From a virus: a stretch of 31,122 nucleotides of DNA. This document shows positions 16,894-27,871 of this stretch, one piece after another. Below the pieces are notes generated by a model, which saw only the letters and a program-made list of their open reading frames with translations, was not told the origin of the DNA and searched no databases. The number at the start of each line of letters is the position of its first letter. Position 1 is the stretch's first letter. The DNA lies in IMG/VR virus record IMGVR_UViG_3300045988_093071, positions 1 through 31,122 of that record. The stretch is one strand, 5' to 3'. The position numbers were made by a program, and so were the translations under genes.

Positions 16894-17254
16894 ATATCTT
16901 TATGCTGCAAGGTTATTTAATAAAGGATGGTCAAGAAATAAAGTAAGTGAGGAACTTCAAAGTAAATATAATGTAAGCCAATCAACAGCTGCAAGATATA
17001 TTGGAGAAGCTTATAAGATAATTGCTGAAAAGAACGATAACCTTATAAAAAACCTTAGACATATACAATTATCAAGATTGGAATCATTACTGGATACTGC
17101 TATTAGTAAGGGAGATATTAGAGCTGCAAATGAGATTATTAAGACTATAAATAGTATGTTTGGATTAAATCAACCTGAGACTATTGTAGCTATTCAGAAT
17201 AATGAAGTCCAGTTTAAATTTGGAGATCCAATTAACAATGACAAAAATATATAA
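16811..17254 (+). CDS. Terminase small subunit candidate (147 aa from ATG 16811; the track uses TTG 16805)
   Basis: It has an N-terminal KKKVGRPKK and the HTH-like KVSEELQSKYNVSQSTAARYIGEAYKII. It lies directly upstream of, and overlaps, TerL. Confidence 0.5.
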   Translation: MKEQIKKKVGRPKKAEVEKEQIDEVKTKYLYAARLFNKGWSRNKVSEELQSKYNVSQSTAARYIGEAYKIIAEKNDNLIKNLRHIQLSRLESLLDTAISKGDIRAANEIIKTINSMFGLNQPETIVAIQNNEVQFKFGDPINNDKNI

Positions 17255-18485
17255 AGGATATAGCCCATTTATCTATCAATTAAAGGTACATACTGCTATG
17301 AATGACTCATATAGGTCTGGTAAAATCTTTACAATTAAAGCAAAGAGACAGGTAGGTAAATCGTTCTTGGCAGAAAATGAATTATTGAGATTCGCTATAA
17401 ATTATCCTGGGAGTGTTAATTGTATAGTTGAACCAACTCTTGGACAATCTAGAAAGGTATTTAAAGAACTTGTACAAGCTGTTATAGACTCTGATATATT
17501 AAGGAGAAAGAATGAAACCTTATTAGAATTAGAGTTTAATAATGGCAGTTCTATACTATTTAGATCTGGGGAACAAATGGATTCATTACGAGGATTCTCC
17601 GTTAGTGGATTATTAGTACTTGATGAGGCAGCTTATCTTAAAGATGAAGTATTTGAAATTATTAAGCCTACCACTGATGTATGGAATGCTCCAATACTTA
17701 TAATTAGTACTCCAAGGTTTAGAGAAGGATTCTTTTATGAATGTTTTAAAAAAGGCTTTGATGGCAATTTTAGCAAATATTATCAATCCTTTGATTGAGC
17801 ATTAGAAGATACCTCTATGCTATTGAGTGAGGATAAACTTGAAATGTATCGCCTTACAACCTCCAAAAATAAATTTAGAACTGAATATCTTGGGGAGTTT
17901 GCAGATGATGATGGTTGTCTCTTTAATAATATATCTAACTGCATAATTGATAAAAAACCTGAATATCATAATCTTTATATTGGAGTTGACTGGGCTACTG
18001 GTTCTGGTAAAGACTATACTTGTATTACAGCTTTAAATGAAAATGGGCAGATGGTCTTTATAAAGTATTTTAACGACAAAACTCCAACAGAACAAGTTGA
18101 TTTACTGACAAATATATTTACTGAGTATCAGGGATTTATAAAGATAGTTCAAGTCGAACAAAACTCAATAGGTTCAGTGTTTTATGATATTCTTGTAAAA
18201 AGGAATTCTAAATTACGGATAGTTAAGTTTTTAACTACTAATAAGTCTAAAGCAGCTATTGTAAATAAGCTACAAGCTGCATTAGAAAACGAAAAGATTG
18301 GTATTTTAAAGGATGATAAACTATTAAATGAATTAAGACTATATGAAGCCAGTTATAATCCAAAGACTGGAAATGTATCATATAATGCTCCATCTGGATT
18401 TAATGATGATACTTGTATATCTTTAATGTTAGCTTATGATGCTTTAAATACAAATAAAGGAACTTATAATATTGCAATTAAATAA
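17238..18485 (+). CDS. terL: Terminase large subunit (415 aa; alternative start at 17202). In-frame TGA at 17796.
   Basis: Walker A is KAKRQVGKS and Walker B is GLLVLDEAAY. The RNaseH-like nuclease half (IGVDWATGSGKDYTCI...FNDDTCISL) lies beyond the TGA. Track ORFs 17202..17798 and 17817..18485 share a frame. Confidence 0.9.
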
Positions 18486-19287
18486 TGAATATAGCAACTA
18501 AATGGGAAGACGTAAGTCTTAAACAATATGAAGCTCTAATGGAGTTTATAAACAGTAATGCAAAGATGACTGATTTAGATAGAAGTATTGAGATATGTGC
18601 ATTACTTTCAGATGATCCAGATAAAACAAGAGATGCTCTTTTGAGTATGGGATTAGATGAATTAGCTACAGAACTTAGTAAAGTTCAATTTATAATCAAT
18701 AAATACAAAGCTAAGGCTCCAGAAACTGAATATACTATTGCTGGAGATAAATATACTGTACAATTAAATATTAGGCAGATGACTGCTGCTCAATATATAG
18801 ATTTTCAGAACTTTTATAAAGACTATCAAAAGAATTTTAAATATATCTTTTTATGCTTCTTAATTCCAAAAGGTAAGAAATATAATGAAGGCTATGATTT
18901 AATTGAACTGGCAGATAAGTTATATGATAAAATTCCAATTACTGTCATAAATGACATTATGGTTTTTTTTTGCAATCTATTAGCCGCATTAACGGTCAGT
19001 ACCCTAATCTCTTCAATAAGGGAGATGAAGAAGATGCTGAAGAAGGAGAAAGATCCAGTGAAGAAGTATCAATTAAGGAAGATGATCGTTCAGTCTCGGA
19101 AAACAGTGAGTTTGGTGCAAAATGGAACTGGGTTTGTTGAATAGACAGAGTTAGTGAAGTTACAAGATTAAATTGGCATCAAGTCTATGATATGTATATT
19201 CAAGAGTTTCTTAATATTATATGTTATCTAATAGATAAAGGAAATGAAGAAAAAAGACAAATAGAAGAGTGAAAGAGGAGACACTAA
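18485..19287 (+). CDS. Protein of unknown function with a -1 frame change at a T9 run (18963-18971). The zero-frame product is 219 aa (stop 19142-19144). The -1 product is 267 aa (stop 19285-19287) with two TGA=Trp codons (19138, 19270).
   Basis: The slippery heptamer T_TTT_TTT is in the zero frame. The -1 frame is open for 105 codons and reads ..DEEDAEEGERSSEEVSIKEDDRSVSENSEFGAKWNWVCWIDRVSEVTRLNWHQVYDMYIQEFLNIICYLIDKGNEEKRQIEEWKRRH. It ends 1 nt before element copy C, exactly as gene 5230..6201 ends 1 nt before copy D. Confidence 0.6.
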
Positions 19288-19288
19288 C

Positions 19289-19338
19289 TGTAACCTTTTT
19301 ACTCATATTTGGTACTAAGATAATATAAAAAAGTTACA
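19289..19338. repeat. 50-nt palindromic element, copy C
   Basis: TGTAACCTTTTTA ... TAAAAAAGTTACA starts 1 nt after the -1-frame stop codon. Confidence 0.8.
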
Positions 19339-19366
19339 AGGGAGTAAAAATCTCCCTTGCTTTTTG
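19337..19366 (+). terminator. Intrinsic terminator
   Basis: CAAGGGAG-taaaaat-CTCCCTTG is an 8-bp stem followed by CTTTTTG. Confidence 0.8.
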
Positions 19367-19405
19367 TATAGCTACTAATATTCAGAACAATATATTTTAT
19401 AAAAA

Positions 19406-19885
19406 ATGACAAGTCAAGATTTAAAATTCCCTAATCTTGAAGGAGTACTAAGACAATATGGAAGTCAATTGATTTCAATATATAGACAGAAGTTATTACA
19501 GAATAATGCTGATGATACAGGTACATTAGGTAATACTTTAAACTACATTGTTGAGGATCAAGATGGAATTTATGAAGTCAGCTTACAAATTCAAGATTAC
19601 TGAAAGTATTTGGAAGAAGGTAGATCTCCAGGTAAATTTCCACCTATTAGTGAAATAAAGAATTGGATAAGAACTAAACCTGTATTACCAAGACCTTATG
19701 GAGGTAAACTTCCATCTACAGATCAACTTGCATACTTAGTTGCAAGAAAGATTCATTTACAAGGAACACAAGGAAAGCGTATATTAGAAGAATCTTTAGA
19801 TGAGCTTTCGGCTGTTGCATTGTTAGATGATGCAATTACAAAAGATTTAGAAACGCAAGTTAATAATGTATTTAAAGACTTTTAA
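19406..19885 (+). CDS. Virion morphogenesis or neck protein candidate (159 aa). In-frame TGA at 19601.
   Basis: Track ORFs 19406..19603 and 19610..19885 share a frame. The junction reads ..LQIQDYWKYLEEGRSPGKFPP.. It is the first gene of the tail operon. The function is a guess. Confidence 0.55.
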
Positions 19886-19887
19886 AA

Positions 19888-22092
19888 ATGACATTTATAC
19901 CAAGTAAATTAGGAATACCAAGAAGTACAGGAACATATCCTGTTAAATGGGAAAATCCAGGATGGGGTCTTACAGGAGTATATGATTATTGGCTATGAGG
20001 AGATGACTATTCAGAAGAGGGTCCATTAGATGTTACTATTTCTAATGCAAGTACAAGCGGTTGTACTATTAACTTTAGAAACCCCTCAACTATTACAACG
20101 GACTCTTCTACAATATTTAGATTCTATCCAAGAGGACATACTACTGCTTTATTGGAAGATACTATGCCAGTTTATCTTCATAGTAAAGCCCCTGGATATT
20201 ATCCTGCAAATAGCAGTATAACAGTACCCAATACTGGAGGTACTTATACTGTTGAATATATATTAGGTAGAGCAGATATTATTAAATGAACTTGTGATGT
20301 AGTAAAGGCTATTGCTTTAGTAAGTGTTGAGGTATTAGAATGGGATTCCTGCTCTATTAAGTTTAAGATTACAGTAAATGCTAATACTCAATGGAATACT
20401 AATCTTACTGGAACTATTCAATTAGGAGCTTATTATGATACTAATAAGTTTATTTCTTATAGTTATGGCTTTACTATTGAAAAGAGTGGAGTTCCAGAAG
20501 ATTTGAAGTTAATAGTTAATCCATCATCTGGAACTTATGGAGCTGGCCCAGGTGTTACTGATAGATTTATGTGCACTCTAACAAGTACTGAGGAAGAGAT
20601 AACAGAATTATCTGTAACTTGTCCAGGATCTTCAAATATTATGGTTGATAAAGTTAATAAATACTTTGTTATTACTTTTCCTGATAATGCTACAACTAGT
20701 ATTAAAAACTATGCTGCATTAGTTACTGCAATAACCTCTGGTGGATATACATTAAATGCTACAGTTCCAATTACTAAGTTAGCTACTTCTTTATCTTTAA
20801 AGTCCAGTGTTAGTATTGGATATACAGCAGGAAGATATAAGATAGACGGTACAGGTTCTGATAATTTAGATGATGTAGTATTTGCAATTCCAGCAGATGC
20901 TCAGACTTGGTTAAGTAAAATGGAGTTAGTAATAGAAAGAGGAACTCCAGGAGGTATGAATATTGTAAGTATTAATTTTGATGCTACAGAAAATACAGGT
21001 AATGCTTCAAGAAAAGCAACAGTTGGAGTTACAGTAGTAAAAAATGGTTCTAGTGTTATAAATACTTCATTTAATATTGTACAAGAGGTTAAAGCAGATA
21101 TATCTCCAATATGGAAAGATTATATATGAGAAGAGGAAACTTTAAATGATTTTATAGAATATCATCTTGATTATGCAGGAGATACTATTTATGCTGGTAA
21201 AGCTTATAAATATCCTGATACTACAGGAGTACAATTTTTACTTAATGATGTATCTGAAGACTTTTTAGATAACGGCATTATATTTCCATCTTTTGGAAAG
21301 ACAGAAATTATACCTAACTATTTAAAAACCTTTACATTAATAACTTCAAGCGGTAGTGAAAAGCCTGTAACATTCTTTAATGATTGGTCTTATAAAGATA
21401 CAGATTTAACTAAGCCTTATTTCTTAAGTGATCCTATTGACACTTTAGTTGATTCAAGACAGTATGTATTATGTAGTTGGATATTCCCAACTGGTGAAGG
21501 TGTGCTTAATAGACGTTATACTACACCTGAAGGAGTAGCAACTACTGTAGATATTACATTACGACAAGGAATTAATGGTTATACTTATGCAGAACCTTTA
21601 GGCAATTTACTTTTAGAATGCAAGAGTAAATATGAAATAGGATTTGTTGAATCTGGCTCTTTTACTACAACTATTAATTATCAGATTGATACTACTAATA
21701 AGAATTATGTATTATATTATACTAATGCTTATGGAGGATGGGATAGTTTATTAGTACAAGGTAATGTTAAACAAACGGATCAAATTGAATCTCAGACTTA
21801 TGTAAGAAAGGTATTAAATACCGCTTCTCAGTTTAGTAAAAATAAGTATTTAAACACTATAGTTCCAGAATGGACTTTATATACTAATTATCTTACAGAT
21901 ACTCAAGCATCAAAGATGCACCATCTATTAGAATCTACTATGGTATATTTACATAATCTGGAGGATAATAAGATTATTCCTGTAATAATTACTAATAATA
22001 GTTGTGAGTATAAGACATATAGTAATCAGGGTAAAAATATGTTTTATTATACTATAGAAGTGCAAAGTTCTCAAGATAAATATAGAAAATAA
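19888..22092 (+). CDS. Large tail or baseplate protein (734 aa) with a BACON-like Ig domain. In-frame TGAs at 19996, 20287 and 21127.
   Basis: ATG 19888 is in frame with track ORFs 20503..21129 and 21502..22092, with no TAA/TAG between them. The segment ..AQTWLSKMELVIERGTPGGMNIVSINFDATENTGNASRKATVGVTV..NIVQ has the BACON-type pattern. The C-terminal half could be distal-tail-protein-like. Confidence 0.65.
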
Positions 22093-22093
22093 A

Positions 22094-25000
22094 ATGAGAA
22101 AGAATATTAAATTATTTATTGCAAATAAAGAGGTTGACTGTAGTGAGGGAATTAGTCTTCCTATAACTTATACAGTTGAGGATTTCCAAAACCCCACTAT
22201 AGTCAAGAACTCGTTTAGTAAGACGATTTCTATACCTGGTACCAAAAATAATAATAAGATATTTGGAGAAATCTATAAATTAGATAGATTACAACATATT
22301 GAAGACGGTCAGTTTAGCGGTATTAATTTCAATCCTTCAAAACGAGTTGATTTTGGAATCTATGATAATGGAGATTTAATAGAATCTGGTTATATGCAAT
22401 TAAATACCATACAAATTAAACAGAAGGTCATTACATATAACATTACTTTATATGGAGGCTTAGGAGATTTCTTCTATGGGCTTAAATATAAAGAAGATGG
22501 ATCATTAAGAACTCTTGCTGATTTACAATACTTTATTACAGATGAGGAAGGTAATGTTTTACCTGCTGATACTGAAATGGATTTTTATATTAATAAAGAT
22601 TTTGTAAATAAATCATTTAATAATTATTGGAATAGCGACTTTACTACATTAGATAGCTTTGTTGGATTTATTCCTGCATATAATGGTTTATATGAGAATT
22701 TTGACAATGAAACTTGTTTAATAAATACAGCAGGAGACACTCTATTTCCCAAATCTGCAAGCGATGGAGGAACAACATATACTCCATATAATGGTTATGC
22801 TTTAGCACAATTAAATAGAGCTTATACAGAATGGGAAATAAGAGACTTACGCAGTTATATGCAAAGACCAGTGTTAAAACTTTCTAAGCTTATAGAAACT
22901 ATTTGTAGAAAAGAGAATTCTGGATATGATGTAATATTTGATGATTACTTCTTTAATTATGCAAATCCTTATTGGAGTAAATCATTTGTAGCTCTTCCCT
23001 TGCTTGGAAGTAGTGAAGATGAAGAATCAGATTCTATTAAAGAGAACGCAAAGCTTATTAAATATGGAGCAGATAACTGGTGGGTAGGATTAAAACCTGG
23101 AGGAACAACAACTTCATATAATTGAGGATATACTTCTGTTGATGGCAGCGAGGTAATAGTTCCTGGAGAAGGAAATATTATTGATTTATCTGCAACACCT
23201 GCTAATACTTTAGTAAATATCTCAATGGATTTTCAGGTGTTCTTCAATGCTAATGCTAGTTCCTCTGCAAATAATCTTTATTTATCATATGTACGCAATG
23301 GAAAAATGGGAAATACTGAGTATCATAATGATCCGTATAGAACATCTTTAACTGTTCAGATACTTGTATATAATGCCGATGATGAATCTGTTCCATCTAA
23401 ACCTATAGCATATTCTCCATTGTATAATTTTACAAATAAGATTAATACTCAAGTTCAAGCTGGACCATCTACTTGGTTTAATTATTATCCTCTTACTGAT
23501 GCTCCTGTTGAGGCTATTTATGGCCATTTTGTTAAAGATAGTGGGCAGAGGTACTATTTTAAAAGTGATACGGGAAGCAATACCTTTAGATTTGTAGTTA
23601 AAGATATGCCAAAAGTAAATAAGATAAGGGTGTCAATTCAATTTGCCAGAAGAACAGAAAGTCTCTATAATCAAGATGCTTTATGGATTTCAGATAATAT
23701 GAACCCAAATAATGTTACTGCATCAAGAGTAGCAGGATGATCTGAATTTTTATATGATTCAGATCAATATACATTAATTGCAAGTTGGCCATCGGCTGTA
23801 ACATCTGATGCTCTTATTACTAAGCAGAAGCTTTTAAAGACAGAATCTACACCTGCGGATTATTTACTTAGCTATGCTAAAATGTTTGGATTATATTTTA
23901 TTAAAGATATAGATTCCAAAACTATTAGAATATTTACCAGAAACAACTTCTTTAAAAATAAGATAACAGATTGGTCTAAACGAATTGATTATTCAAAAGA
24001 TTTTTCAGTTAATCCATTATTATTTGATAAGAAGTGATATACTATGAAACAAGAAGCTCCTGAGACGTATTATGCAAAGAAATATAATAAACAGTATGAT
24101 ATAACTTATGGGCAACAGAGATTAGATACAGGATATAATTTTAATAGTGATAATACAGATTTATACTCAGATAACTTATATGAAAATGTAATATCTGCAA
24201 GAGATGTAGATAAGTATTATAGAAACTATTTTAATAGTTCAAGTTCACCTGTTCCTTGCTTCTTAAATGATAATATTACTTATCAATTATTCCATTCTAC
24301 ATCTACTGAAAGAAAAACAAACGATCAGGATCTTTATGGAGTAAATTTCATTGATTCATCTAAGACTACAGAGTGGTGGGATGTTCCTGGTAATGATATA
24401 TTTGCAAAGACTTGTTTCTATTCATTAGATAATGATGAGCAAAGTTTAGAAGAAATTAAATCGACATTACTGTTCTATAATGGCAATGTAGAGATGAAAG
24501 ATATTGATGGAAATCCTATTACATATTGGATTACTGATGATGTTACAGAAATGTCTGTATTAAATGATTCTGAACCTTGCTATTTATATACTACTAGAGA
24601 AACTAATGAAGCTGGTGCTAAGATTGCAATTAAAAGAACCTCTTTACCACAATTCATAAGATATAATATATCAAGTAATTATGTAATATCTAGTTGGGAT
24701 TTTGGATTACCAAGAGAAATTTATATAGATAAAATTGCATATCCAGAACAAAGTGTTATTTATTCTCAATTCTGGAAAGAGTTCTATACTGATCAATTTG
24801 ATGTTAATACTAAGAAAGTTACTTGTTTTGTAAAATTAAATGATTTACAAGTAAACTTTGATATGTTAAGACAATTTTATTATTTTGAAGATAGTTATTG
24901 GGTATTAAATAAAATAGATGCTTATGATGTTAATTCTGATGCAACTACCAGATGTGAATTTATAAGAGTTCAAGACATCAATAATTATATAGGAGGAGTA

Positions 25001-25543
25001 TCTACTTTAGGTAAATACATAGAAGTAAGTGACCCAGAAGTTACTGTAGGGTATGAAGCTGGAAGTAAAGTTGTAACTATAGAATCTAATGTTCCTTGGA
25101 AAGTTAGTTGGTATAATAATTTGAAGATTACAAATATTTCACCAATGGAAGGATTACCTGGAATTAGTACTATGACTATTGAATATAATGAAAATCCTAA
25201 ATATATTGAAGATAACTTCTATTTAAGTTTAGTAGCTCAATCTGATATTTATGAAAGATTAGGACAAGTATATTTTTATCAAACTCCTGATCCATCTAAA
25301 TCAGTAAAGCTTTCTGGAAAAGTAACAGATGCAGATGGTAAAGTATTAGATGTACAACCTTATATCTATGTAGATAATGACAACTTTGTAGATAGTACAT
25401 ATTGTGATGCAACAACTGGAGAGTACTATTTATATGTTCAAAAAGGAGTTCCATTCCATTTTGAAGTACAATTATCAAGTGTTGTTAAATATGAGGAAGA
25501 ACTTACTTTAAATGCAGATACTATTAAAAATATTACTATTTAA
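22094..25543 (+). CDS. Very large tail tip or baseplate protein (1149 aa) ending in BACON-like and CarboxypepD_reg-like domains. In-frame TGAs at 23123, 23738 and 24035.
   Basis: Track ORFs 22094..23125, 23225..23740 and 24044..25543 share one frame with clean linkers. The C-terminus reads ..VTVGYEAGSKVVTIESNVPWKVSWYNNLKITNISPMEGLPGISTMTIEYNENP.. and then ..LSGKVTDADGKVLDVQPYIYVD..DATTGEYYLYVQKGVPFHFEV.. Confidence 0.7.
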
Positions 25544-25545
25544 AT

Positions 25546-27861
25546 ATGGCTGAAGAAATTAAAAAGGTAATAGATATAGATACTACTAAAAGTACAAAGT
25601 CAATCAAGCAGCTACGAGAACAAGTAGCTGGCTTGACTGACGAACTTGAATCATTGGAAATTGGTAGTTCTGACTATTCCAAAAAACTTGAAGAGCTTGT
25701 AAGTGCACAAAACAAGCTTAATGTAGCTACTGAATCTATGCAAGGTAAGACTGTAAATGCAGTTAAAGCTTTTGATAGTATTAACCAAGTAGCTGGCGGT
25801 CTTGCAGGTGGAGTTTCGGCTGTAAGTGCTGCATTTACTTTATTTGGAAGAGATACAGAGAATCTCCAGAAAACTATGGTTAAGCTTCAAGCAGCTATTG
25901 CTATAGTTCAAGGAATTGGAGGATTAAAGGGTTTAGGTGAAGGTGTTCTTAATGGAGTAAAATCATTTAAGGCTTTATCTGTTGCGATGGCTGGTGCTAC
26001 GACTGCTACTGGAGGTTTATCTGTTGCGATGGGAGTGCTACGAACTGCTATTATATCAACAGGTATTGGAGCATTAGTAGTAGCATTAGGAATGTTAGTA
26101 GACTTTGCAATCAAAGCAGCATCTGGAGTTGATGATTTAAAAATTAGTATTTCAGGGTTAAAAGACATAACAGACCAATGAGGAACTAGCTATGCACAAG
26201 CTAATACAGAAATTGCAGGATTAGAAAGACAGAGAGAAAGAGATTTAGCTGAAGGTAAAAAGAATGAAATACAAATCTGAAAGGATTATGCTCAAGCATT
26301 AGGTGAATTAGATGCTAAATTATTCCAGCAATTTGGAAGTGTAACTAAAGCATATAATGATTCATTTACAGATATACTTAAGAGTAATAAATACTTCAGA
26401 AAAGAGTTTAAGAAATCTGGATATGACACTTGGGAGGAGTATTCACAAGCTATACAATGAGGATTAAAAACTAGTTCTAATGAAGTTGATTTCTTTTTAA
26501 GTAAGTTAAATGATGATCAAAGAGCTGCTTACGACGAAGCTTCTGGTATCTACAATGCATATATAGAGAAGAGAAATAGTTTAATGCAGAAAACTTCAGA
26601 AACTTATGAAAAGATTAAACTGATGGAAATCTCTGCAGAGCGTAAAGCCAGAGAAGAGGCTAAGGCTAACTATCTAAAGAATATTGAAGATGCAAAGAAA
26701 CGTAACGCTGATTTACTGAAGGTTATCAATGATTTCTATGAAGAGAATAGAAAACTGCTATTAGATGATGAAGCTAGAGAGTTAGATGAATTAAATACCA
26801 AATATCAAAATCAATTAGATGCTCTTAAAACAGCTAAAGATAAAGAGCTTATAACAGTTGAGGAATATAGAAAGAGATTAAAGCAAATAAATGATGCTTA
26901 TGATAAAGAGTATCTAGACAATCAGAACGAGCGGTATCGTAAAGAAATTAATAATAGAATTAATTCTTTAGAACAACTTAGAGAACGAGAGAATAGATTT
27001 TTTGATCAAAGGCAATCTGAGTTAGATACTAAATATAATAAGACATATACACATAATGCAGGTCTTGGAAACGAATACAAGACTGCGGGAGATATAAAGA
27101 GTGAAAAGAACGATAGAATAACACAATCTAATGAGCTACTTGAAATACAGTTAGGATTCTACGAAAGAGATAATAAAAGAATTGGAGAATTACAAACCAC
27201 TTTAAAAGAATCGTTTGATAATGGCTTAATAACTCAAGAAGAGTATAATAATGAGTATGCAAGATTAAATGCAGAAAGAGAAGCAAATGATACTGCTGCT
27301 GCAAATGCTATTGTAGCTAATGGAGAAAAAATAAAGGCTGCTAAAAAAGATGAAATTAAAGACATTGTAGCTGCTGTTCAAGGAAGTTTTGCTGCATTAG
27401 GAAGTTTAGGTGATGCTGTAGCTCAAAACTATAAATTTGAGGCAAATAATTCCAAGAAGTCATTAAAGGAGAGAGAAAAAGCTATGGAAAATTATAAGTC
27501 TATAGCTAAAATATCTACCGTATTTAATACCGCTTCTGCAGCAATGAATGCTTATAACTCTATGGCAGGAATTCCAGTAGTAGGTCCTGTATTAGGTGGT
27601 ATTGCTGCTGCTGCAGCTATTGCTATGGGATTACTTCAAATTAAAAATATTGAAAATGAAGAAATATCTGGTAGTGATGTATCATCTTCAGTATCCGCTC
27701 CATCTGCACTTACACAAGCTCCTGTTGAGTATACTCGAAATTTACTTGGAAATAAAGAGACTGATGAACTTAATAATCCAGTTAAGTGTTATGTTGTTGA
27801 ATCTGATATTACTTCAGCTCAAACTAAGGTAGCAGTTACTGAATCTAATGCTTCATTCTAG
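25546..27861 (+). CDS. Tape-measure-like protein (771 aa; coiled coils plus Gly/Ala-rich hydrophobic segments). In-frame TGAs at 26179, 26278 and 26458.
   Basis: Track ORFs 25546..26181 and 26584..27861 share a frame with no TAA/TAG in the 400-nt linker. Features are long heptad-like segments, GGLAGGVSAVSAAFTLFG and IPVVGPVLGGIAAAAAIAMGLL hydrophobic blocks, and a TAG stop. Confidence 0.5.
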
Positions 27862-27871
27862 AAATGTTTAA

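Noticed and set aside
12411-19405. A lysogeny module (integrase, repressor) or phage DNA polymerase/primase in the early regions
   Set aside because: No ORF has tyrosine- or serine-recombinase, CI-like or polymerase motifs. All ORFs of 150 aa or more are otherwise accounted for. The phage appears to be lytic and dependent on host replication apart from its helicase.
20030-20221. Plus-strand track ORFs 20030..20221 and 27596..27832
   Set aside because: They are out-of-frame overlaps inside the 734-aa and 771-aa genes, and their Leu-rich, low-complexity translations are typical of alternative frames.
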